The notes below the pieces were generated by a model, which had not been told where the DNA came from, did no database searches, and saw nothing but the letters and a program-made list of their open reading frames with translations. A stretch of 64,000 nucleotides of DNA from a virus. This document shows, one piece after another, positions 36,010 to 42,840 of the stretch (within the stretch, counting starts at the first letter, position 1; the number at the start of each line of letters is the position of its first letter). The stretch is from positions 7,887 to 71,886 of IMG/VR virus record IMGVR_UViG_3300036846_001111; one strand, written 5' to 3'. Both the position numbers and the translations under genes were made by a program.

Positions 36010-36547
36010 AGAGGCGCGCGCGCTCTACCGGAAATATCGGGAGCACCAGCACTACAGCACGCCGATCGATCTCGAAATCCAGCGTGTCTACGATGCGATC
36101 GCTAAGGGCCGGGTCGTCATCCGGGCGCTGGCCAGCATCGCCCAAGCGGGCCTCGGCGAAGACCATCTACCGAAGCTGGCCATCGTCCGCGCCAACGCCA
36201 CCGACTGCTTCGTGCAGATGCGCGCAGACGGCAGCGCCCGGTTCTCGTCGAAGCAGTACCCGCCCGAGAACCACTGGCGCACCTACGTCGACGTGCCCGC
36301 CGGCAGCTTCCCCGAGCGCAGCTACAGCGGCCGCAGCCACGCCGCCCAGGTCCCGCTGGTGCCGATCCACCTGCGGCCGAAGCGCGGCCTGGAGAATTAC
36401 CATGTGCTCTTCGAGGCCATCTGGCGGCCGGTGCCGCCAGTCGACCCGCTGCTGGTCCGTCGGGTTGGTCGCAGCGATCTCTGGATCGTCTGCGCCGCGT
36501 GGGACCTGACCGAGATCGAGCGCGCTGTCCTGGCGGGGCGGCTGTGA
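35978..36547 (+). CDS. Hypothetical protein
   Basis: GAGGAG RBS; ...DPLL......W.V.AAWDLT..E. Confidence 0.75.
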   Translation: MQTEQITVDREEARALYRKYREHQHYSTPIDLEIQRVYDAIAKGRVVIRALASIAQAGLGEDHLPKLAIVRANATDCFVQMRADGSARFSSKQYPPENHWRTYVDVPAGSFPERSYSGRSHAAQVPLVPIHLRPKRGLENYHVLFEAIWRPVPPVDPLLVRRVGRSDLWIVCAAWDLTEIERAVLAGRL

Positions 36548-36765
36548 GCGACCCCACCACCTTCGACTACCTACAGCCGACCGTGGGGCAGATGGAGCGC
36601 ATGAACGACGCGCGCGCCGCTGCCCGCGCCTACGCCGCCTGTCTGGAGGCGCTGGTGCCAGACGGTCCCGACAAGACCTACCTGCTGCGCAAGCTGCGCG
36701 AGGTGGCGATGTGGGCGAACATCGCGATCACCCGCCACGCCGACGGGTCGCCCCGGCAGCTATGA
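36544..36765 (+). CDS. Acb2/Tad1-like hairpin anti-defence sponge protein
   Basis: F.Y..P...Q..R....R..A...A..L...VP....K......L.E..MWAN.AI.R pattern; 73 aa. Confidence 0.7.
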   Translation: MSDPTTFDYLQPTVGQMERMNDARAAARAYAACLEALVPDGPDKTYLLRKLREVAMWANIAITRHADGSPRQL

Positions 36766-36926
36766 GCGACCTGACCACCTTGGCGACGCTGGAGCGGATC
36801 GTGGAGCGGGCGCGCGTGCGGCTGCAGAAGACACCTTGGGCGGTGAGCGCCACCCTGGCGCTCGATGCGCTGGCCGAGGAGATCAAGGCCGAGCGCGAGG
36901 CCAAGCCGCCGCACGTGAAGGCCTAG
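36762..36926 (+). CDS. Hypothetical protein
   Basis: ATGA coupling. Confidence 0.6.
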   Translation: MSDLTTLATLERIVERARVRLQKTPWAVSATLALDALAEEIKAEREAKPPHVKA

Positions 36927-37102
36927 ATGCCGTAGCGCCGGCGCCAGACCTCGCGGCGCTCGGCGTAGGCTTGGTTGAAGGTGACGCCCAGCCACGCCGC
37001 GGCGTCCCTGATCTCGTCCATCGTCTTGGTGCGGAGCAGTAAGGCGACGCGCTCGGCGTCGGACCAATCGGTGGTCGGCGGGACGAGGCGCAGCGTGCTC
37101 AA
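36923..37102 (-). CDS. Hypothetical small protein
   Basis: TTG start coupled to the upstream membrane gene. Confidence 0.5.
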   Translation of the reverse strand: MSTLRLVPPTTDWSDAERVALLLRTKTMDEIRDAAAWLGVTFNQAYAERREVWRRRYGI

Positions 37103-37254
37103 TGGCTGGTGAGTGCGCCCCAGGCCCAGACCACCGCGGCGGCCAGGAAGAAGCCGCGCGCGATGCGCTCGGCGAGCGGCACGCCGGGCCACGTGGCGAT
37201 CAGCCAGAAGATGAAGCCGACCACGACGAGGATGGCGAAGATGATGGTGGGCAT
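37099..37254 (-). CDS. 51-aa two-TM membrane protein (not in ORF track)
   Basis: AGGAG RBS; MPTIIFAILVVVGFIFWLIATWPGVPLAERIARGFFLAAAVVWAWGALTSH. Confidence 0.7.
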   Translation of the reverse strand: MPTIIFAILVVVGFIFWLIATWPGVPLAERIARGFFLAAAVVWAWGALTSH

Positions 37255-37334
37255 GAGGTGCTCCTGCGGATGCTCCCGTCACGCAACTGGGTTACAGAGG
37301 GGCGCACCATACCCCCAGGAGAGCACCTCACCAC

Positions 37335-37847
37335 ATGGCTGATCCCTTCCTCGCCATCGCCTACCCGATCGCCGGCCTTCCGCACGTCGGCGGCGGTCCC
37401 ATGCCGGGTGGTCCCAGCGGCGTCGACCCCAGCTACGGCCAGGGTCACCCGGTCCCGCCGCACATCGGCGGCGGCCCGGTCTACCGGCCTCCGCATGCAG
37501 GTGGCAGCCCGGCCGATCCGACCCGGCCGGCCGATCCCAGCTACGGCGTAGGGCTCTGGCCACCGCACGTCGGTGGCGGCCCGGCGGCCCCGCCCGGGAC
37601 TCCCGGTCAGCTTCCGAGCGGCGACGGCGCCGTCGTGATGCCGCCGATCCACTACCCGCCGACCATCTGGCCGCCGAACAGCCCGGCGCCCGACCCGACG
37701 AAGGACATCTTGGTGCTGGTCTGGGTGCCGAACGTCGGCCTCGCCTGGATTGCCGTCGACAAAGACCTGATGCCGTCGCACGAACTGCCCGAGCCGCCCG
37801 CGCATGTCGGCGGCGGCCCGGCCCCGACGCCGGCGCCGAAGACCTGA
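37335..37847 (+). CDS. Pro/Gly-rich protein with five P-x-H-[VIA]-GG[GS]P repeats
   Basis: AGGAG RBS; repeats visible in translation. Confidence 0.8.
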   Translation: MADPFLAIAYPIAGLPHVGGGPMPGGPSGVDPSYGQGHPVPPHIGGGPVYRPPHAGGSPADPTRPADPSYGVGLWPPHVGGGPAAPPGTPGQLPSGDGAVVMPPIHYPPTIWPPNSPAPDPTKDILVLVWVPNVGLAWIAVDKDLMPSHELPEPPAHVGGGPAPTPAPKT

Positions 37848-38003
37848 CCTCGGCCGCGTTGACCCTCCCAGTCACCCCTACAGGTGAAGCCCCCGGGTGG
37901 GGCGCGGCATGAGCAGCGGCCAGGAGCCCACCACCCCAGCCGGTGCGGACTCCTGGCCGCATGTTAAGCTTGAACCGCATGGCGGATGCGTCATAATCAG
38001 CTT

Positions 38004-38130
38004 CGCGCTCGGGGCCCCGCTACCCTTCCTGAACAAGCCCCCAAAGCCCTGAACGAAGGGCTGCCGCTCCGAGCGTCCGGCGTCACACCGGTCAGGCCCG
38101 CCGAGAACCCCCCTCGGCGGGCCTCTTCGT
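38004..38130 (+). ncRNA. Candidate structured sRNA
   Basis: TTGAAC-N16-CATAAT promoter at 37970-37997; CGCTCGGGGC/GCTCCGAGCG closing stem; AGGCCCGCCGAG/CTCGGCGGGCCT terminal hairpin. Confidence 0.5.
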
Positions 38131-38310
38131 CTGGCTTGCCGCAATCGCACAGTACGCCGGGCGCTTTGCTCACAAAAAAGGCGCGGATATGTCAGATTGC
38201 CGCTTGAAGTGTCACGAAACCCTGATAGCTTCGTGAACACCAAGCTTCACTTGGTGGGGGACTGGCGCGACCCGAACCATCGCGTCTTCACAACAGGGAC
38301 TATCATCCTC

Positions 38311-38655
38311 ATGCGCAAGCTTTTCGCAGCGGCCGCGGCCGTTGCCATGCTCGGCTTCGGCGGCTCGGCTCTGGCCGCGACCGCCACCACGGCGACCGCC
38401 GCCAGCGGCGCCGCCAGCGGCACCTTCAGCGCCCAGGTCGGTGCGGGCACCACCCAGTCGGTGTCGGCCTCCACCAACCACACCGTCTCCACCGGCACGG
38501 CGCTCAGCCTGCAGCCGGTGTTCTCGACGGCGACCGCCAACACCACGACCACGGGCAGCGGCGTCAACGCCTCGACCTCGAACGCCCCGGCCTCGATCTC
38601 GGGCGGCTTCAGCTTCCAGACCGGCTTCGGCACGGCTTCGGCGCTGTCGCACTGA
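38311..38655 (+). CDS. Secreted Ser/Thr/Ala/Gly-rich protein
   Basis: Sec signal MRKLFAAAAAVAMLGFGGSALA; mature part essentially uncharged. Confidence 0.8.
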   Translation: MRKLFAAAAAVAMLGFGGSALAATATTATAASGAASGTFSAQVGAGTTQSVSASTNHTVSTGTALSLQPVFSTATANTTTTGSGVNASTSNAPASISGGFSFQTGFGTASALSH

Positions 38656-38717
38656 GTCGAGCCGACTGCTAACCGCGATGGGAGCCCTCCTCTCGCGGAC
38701 CCGGTCGGACACGAAGG

Positions 38718-38756
38718 GAGGCGGTGGGGCATGCTCCCGCCGCCTCTTTCTTCTTC
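38718..38756 (+). terminator. Rho-independent terminator
   Basis: GAGGCGG...CCGCCTC stem followed by TTTCTTCTT. Confidence 0.6.
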
Positions 38757-38778
38757 AACACCCTGGTGGGGGACACCC

Positions 38779-39714
38779 ATGCAACGACTTCTCGCGACCA
38801 CGGCGGTCGCGTTCCTGCTGATCGGCGGCGCGGCCTACGGCCAACAGACCTCGACCAGCGATGCGGCCTCGAACGCCCAGCAGGCGCAGGGCCAGACCCA
38901 GACGCAGAGCCAAGGCGCGCAGACGAATAGCAACGGCGCGCAGACCACCTCGGTCGGCCCGCAGACCTCGACCTCGAACGCCGCTTCCGGTTCGGTTTCC
39001 GGGTCGAACTCGGCGGCCAACAACGGCGGCCAGAACGTGACGACGACCGTCTCGCCGGTCTCGACGTCGGCCAACGACACCTCGAACAGCATCGCGCACT
39101 CGAACAGCGACTCGGCTTCCCACTCGACCGCCACCGGCGGCCAGGGCGGCTCGTCCACCTCGACCTCGCAGGGCGGTTCCTCGCAGGCGGCGGCCAACAA
39201 CGCCGCCACCAACGCCGGCAACGCGCAGAGCGTGACGTTGAACAGCAACGTGCCGGCCAATACGCGAGCGGACATCCGCACGGTCGCCCAGGTGAGCGCA
39301 CCCGCGCTGACCACGACCCTCACCGACACCTGCATGGGCTCGTCTTCGATGAGCGGCACCGGCATGGGCTGGGGCCTCTCGTTCGGTTCGACCTGGGAGG
39401 ATCACAACTGCAACCGGCGGCTCTACGCCCGCGAGGTCGCCAGCCTCACCGGCGACCGCGAGGCGGCGCGCGCCATCCTCTGCCAGGACAAGGACGTGCG
39501 GCAGGCGTTCGAAGACGTCGGCCGGCCCTGCCCGACGCCGCAGGCGGCCCAAGGCCCGTCGTCCTACGTGCCGCCCCCGCTGCCCCCGCCGCCGGCCCAG
39601 TACCTGTACGCTGCCCCGCCGCCGCCGCCGCCCGAGAGCGAGCAGCAGTCGGCGCCCGGCACGATGGCGCCGATCCCGAACCCGTCCGAGGCGCCGAAAT
39701 CGCCCCGGAATTAA
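38779..39714 (+). CDS. Secreted S/T/N/Q-rich protein with 4-Cys C-terminal domain
   Basis: Signal MQRLLATTAVAFLLIGGAAYG; AP....DTCMGS.S.......LSFG....D.NC.R....R.......AA...LCQ...V..A....G.PCP. Confidence 0.8.
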   Translation: MQRLLATTAVAFLLIGGAAYGQQTSTSDAASNAQQAQGQTQTQSQGAQTNSNGAQTTSVGPQTSTSNAASGSVSGSNSAANNGGQNVTTTVSPVSTSANDTSNSIAHSNSDSASHSTATGGQGGSSTSTSQGGSSQAAANNAATNAGNAQSVTLNSNVPANTRADIRTVAQVSAPALTTTLTDTCMGSSSMSGTGMGWGLSFGSTWEDHNCNRRLYAREVASLTGDREAARAILCQDKDVRQAFEDVGRPCPTPQAAQGPSSYVPPPLPPPPAQYLYAAPPPPPPESEQQSAPGTMAPIPNPSEAPKSPRN

Positions 39715-39862
39715 GTTAGAGATTGGTCTGCCGCCTCGGCCATCGCACGCCCCCACGGCATGGCTTAAAGCCCCGACCCCCGGCGGCAGGCCTACGGTCG
39801 GCCTCGGCCCCTCCTTCCACATTCCCGGGAGGGGCCGGGGTCGATTTCCCGAGGAGAGCACC

Positions 39863-40156
39863 ATGACCGACCCTGTCATCGTCGCCGCGGCCATCCTGCT
39901 GATGCCGTCGCTGGCGCCGGACATCCACGTGCCGGCGCTGCACGCCTTCACCGTCCCGCAGGCCGTCGCCGCCTACTCGACGCTCTGCCAGACCGACTAC
40001 CGGATCATCCGCGAGGCCGAGGCCACCACGCTGCCGCACGCCGATCCGCACGCCCTGGTCAGGGCCCGGCAGGCCAACGGCAACCGGCTGACCATCGCCC
40101 CGCGTCCCGCGCCGGCGCCGCGCCACTACCGGCATCGCCACCACCACCACCGATGA
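39863..40156 (+). CDS. Hypothetical protein with His-rich C-terminus
   Basis: GAGGAG RBS. Confidence 0.65.
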   Translation: MTDPVIVAAAILLMPSLAPDIHVPALHAFTVPQAVAAYSTLCQTDYRIIREAEATTLPHADPHALVRARQANGNRLTIAPRPAPAPRHYRHRHHHHR

Positions 40157-40329
40157 ACGAGATCGTCGCCGATGCCGCCCTGATCGCGGCGGCAGTCAGC
40201 ATCGCGGCGGCCTGTTTCGCGGTTGGCTGGAGGATCGGCTACTGGATGCGTGAGCGCCACTGGGCGCGGGTGGCGCGCGAGGAGGCCGAGTCGGCGGCCA
40301 GCTACAAGGGCGCGGACGGGCATGAGTGA
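40153..40329 (+). CDS. Small membrane protein (58 aa)
   Basis: ATGA coupling; hydrophobic N-terminus. Confidence 0.55.
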   Translation: MNEIVADAALIAAAVSIAAACFAVGWRIGYWMRERHWARVAREEAESAASYKGADGHE

Positions 40330-40573
40330 CGGCTGGCACCGCATCTACGGCCGCGCCGACTACAACGGCTGGCGGCTCTACATCCTTGGCACCAAGGCCA
40401 AGATGTACGTGGGGTCAAGCTTCGCGAGATGCCTCTGGATGGTCGTGGCCTTCAGGCTGCAGCGCCTCATCGGCGGCTGGATCGAGCTAGAGCCGGTCGG
40501 CCGGGTGCTGGAGATCAGGATGGTCTCGCCGCGGCAGTGGCCGAAGGAGAGCGCCAGCCGTGACCAGACATGA
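40322..40573 (+). CDS. Hypothetical protein
   Basis: Overlapping start/stop chain. Confidence 0.55.
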   Translation: MSDGWHRIYGRADYNGWRLYILGTKAKMYVGSSFARCLWMVVAFRLQRLIGGWIELEPVGRVLEIRMVSPRQWPKESASRDQT

Positions 40574-40793
40574 CATCTCCGAGGCGATCCTCGCCGAACT
40601 GCGCGCCGGCGCCCTGGCCGATCTGGCGTCCTGGCAAGACCTCGGCTTCGCCTCGCCGCTGGTCGAGCAGCACCTCGCCGAGCGCATCCCGCCGCTGCGG
40701 CCCTGGCAGGCGCGCGCCGGGATCGAGCCGCTGGGTGATCTGAAGGTGGAAATCCGCGCCGAGTTCGCGCGCCTGTTCGATCAGATTCGCTGA
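40560..40793 (+). CDS. Hypothetical protein
   Basis: AGGAG RBS, GTG start. Confidence 0.6.
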   Translation: MTRHDISEAILAELRAGALADLASWQDLGFASPLVEQHLAERIPPLRPWQARAGIEPLGDLKVEIRAEFARLFDQIR

Positions 40794-40797
40794 CCAC

Positions 40798-40872
40798 TGG
40801 CCCTTCCCCGAGGGTTCGAACCTCAATTCCTCGGACCAAAGCCGAGTGTCCTACCGATTAGACGAGGGAAGG
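40798..40872 (-). tRNA. tRNA-Gln (anticodon TTG), CCA encoded
   Basis: CCTTCCC TC GTC-TAATCGGTAG-GAC A CTCGG-CTTTGGT-CCGAG GAAT TGAGG-TTCGAAC-CCTCG GGGAAGG G CCA. Confidence 0.92.
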
Positions 40873-40909
40873 CGGTCGGTGGGGCGACCGGCGCCGCCCC
40901 ACCTCGCCG

Positions 40910-41068
40910 TTAGGCCTCTTCTTCGTGGGCCTCTTCGGCCTCTTCTTCGTGAGCCTCCTCGGCCTCCTCGGACGCTTCGGCGCTGGTGGCCATGTCCTCG
41001 GCGGGGGCCTCGACCTTCTCTTCGGTCATCGGCTCGGGATGCTCTTCGTGCTCGTGGGTTTCGCTCAT
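40910..41068 (-). CDS. Very acidic Glu/His-rich 52-aa peptide
   Basis: GAGGAG RBS; AEEAHEEE x2 (24-bp tandem repeat). Confidence 0.7.
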   Translation of the reverse strand: MSETHEHEEHPEPMTEEKVEAPAEDMATSAEASEEAEEAHEEEAEEAHEEEA

Positions 41069-41168
41069 GTCGCTATCTCCTCTGCTGGGTGCGAACGCAT
41101 CAAGCGTAGCTAAACCTATGAGGAAGTCGAGGGGGGCCGATGCGATATCAACACTTGATGCCGACCCG

Positions 41169-41252
41169 TTAGCCGGCGCCCTTCGCCCAGAACAGCCCGA
41201 CGGCGATCGCCAGGAACGCCAGGGCCAGGAGGATGCCGAGCGCGGCACGCAT
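41169..41252 (-). CDS. 27-aa hydrophobic peptide
   Basis: MRAALGILLALAFLAIAVGLFWAKGAG immediately after the tail gene stop. Confidence 0.45.
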   Translation of the reverse strand: MRAALGILLALAFLAIAVGLFWAKGAG

Positions 41253-41933
41253 TTAGGTGTAGGCGAACGCGGCCGCCCCGCTGAGCCCTGGCGAAGCGTT
41301 GCCGTTGACCACGATCGAGGCGTCGCCGCCGGCCCCGCTGCTGATCAGCGCGCCGACCACCGCCGGGCCGCCCTTGGAGGGCGTCGGGTAGTACTGGTCA
41401 CCCTGGCCGATATTACCGTTGAGGTTGGGCGATCCGCCCGAGCCGACCCCGCCTGCCCCACCCGCGCCTGGATTCCACGTGCCCCCCTGGCCGCCGCCGG
41501 CCTGCATGTTCACGGCGCGCGAGAAGGTGCCGTTGACGATCGAGGAGGCCAAGCCGGCGCGGCCGTTGAAGTTGACCACGGTGTCGCCGCCGTCGGCGCC
41601 CGGCGAGACGGTAAGGTTGAAGGTCTTGCCCCAGTCCGCCGACGTCAGCGGGAAGGTCACGCGGCAGATCGCGCCCGAGCCGCCCGAGCCCGCCACGATC
41701 GGCGTCGAGTTGGTCAGGTAGGGCGAGTAGCTGCCGCCGCCGCCCGGGCCGCCGACCTCGGCGACCAGTTGGGATGGACCGACGCCAGTTACCGGGTTGC
41801 CGGGCACGGTCTCGGTGAAGCTGCCAGGGGACGAGTACTGGTGGGTGACCGGCGTGAAGGTCGGGGGAGGTCCGCCGCCGCCGCCCCCACCACTGCCCCC
41901 AGGATCGATCTGCTGGCGGGCGGCAAACGTCAT
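41253..41933 (-). CDS. Glycine-rich tail-associated/receptor-binding protein
   Basis: PGSF...VP......V.GPGGGG...GSGGSG, AGGGQGG glycine-rich domain pattern. Confidence 0.75.
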   Translation of the reverse strand: MTFAARQQIDPGGSGGGGGGGPPPTFTPVTHQYSSPGSFTETVPGNPVTGVGPSQLVAEVGGPGGGGSYSPYLTNSTPIVAGSGGSGAICRVTFPLTSADWGKTFNLTVSPGADGGDTVVNFNGRAGLASSIVNGTFSRAVNMQAGGGQGGTWNPGAGGAGGVGSGGSPNLNGNIGQGDQYYPTPSKGGPAVVGALISSGAGGDASIVVNGNASPGLSGAAAFAYT

Positions 41934-42840
41934 CTAAGCGAAGCCCTTCAGCAGGCTCGCCAGCCACGTCTGTGACGCGCCGAAATAGGTCGCCACCAAG
42001 AGGTCGACGGCGTTGGCGGTGGTCGAGAGCACCCCGGCCGCGCCGCCGGCCCAACGGAAACTGGAGGGCCACACCGCGGTGCGCGCGCCGGCGGTGTCCT
42101 GCTGCAGGCGCACGTTGATGGTCTGCCCATCGACCATATTCGACAGCGCCGGCGCGCCGGTGAGCGAGGCCGTGAGGATGACCGAGAACACGTTCGACTT
42201 GGAGCAGTCGACCGCCATGGCGCTGGCCGCGAAGGTCAGCGGCAGCGTCTGGGTGGTCGCGCCGCCGCCCTGCATCACCAGCTTCGACGTCATCACGCCG
42301 CCGATCGCGAGGTTGCCGCCGACGCCCAGCGGCCCGCCGATGGTCAGCCCCTGCGTCGCGGTGCTGTAGGTGAGGCCGGTGTCGCCGGCGAGCGCACCGC
42401 CGACGTTGATCTGCACCTCACCGGGCACGCCGCCGGCGGTGGTGGCGACGGTGTTGCCGAGCCGCGCGCCGTTCACCGGGTCGATAACGACGGCGGTGGC
42501 CGCGCCCTTCGGGATGGTCGCCACCGCGCCGCCGCTGGCCGAGGCGAACGAGATCAGCGGCGCGCCGCCGGTGTTGTCATCGACGAAGAAGAACCGCCCG
42601 GCGCCGGCGGGTAGCTGGTAGGTGACCGCGGCCGCCGGCGTGCCGGTGATGACGAGGTTGGCGCAGGTGAACTGCGCCGTGGTCAGCGCGATCGTTCCTG
42701 ACGCACCCTGCGCGTTGAGGGTGGCGAGGCTGCCGAGCGCCGCGTCGACGGTGCCCGAGTTCTGGTTGACCGGCTGATCCCAGGTGCCGACGTCGCTGTT
42801 GTTGGGCGGGGTGACAAGCTGCAGGTTGGGGGTCGCCATC
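41934..42840 (-). CDS. Tail fibre-like structural protein
   Basis: TPNLQL..P......TW...N.N...D N-terminus; C-terminal QDTAGART..WP...W.GG....ST.ANAVD domain. Confidence 0.75.

Noticed and set aside
40798-40872. tRNA as a prophage attachment site or host boundary
   Set aside because: Phage genes lie on both sides, there is no integrase, and I saw no duplicated tRNA 3' end in the window
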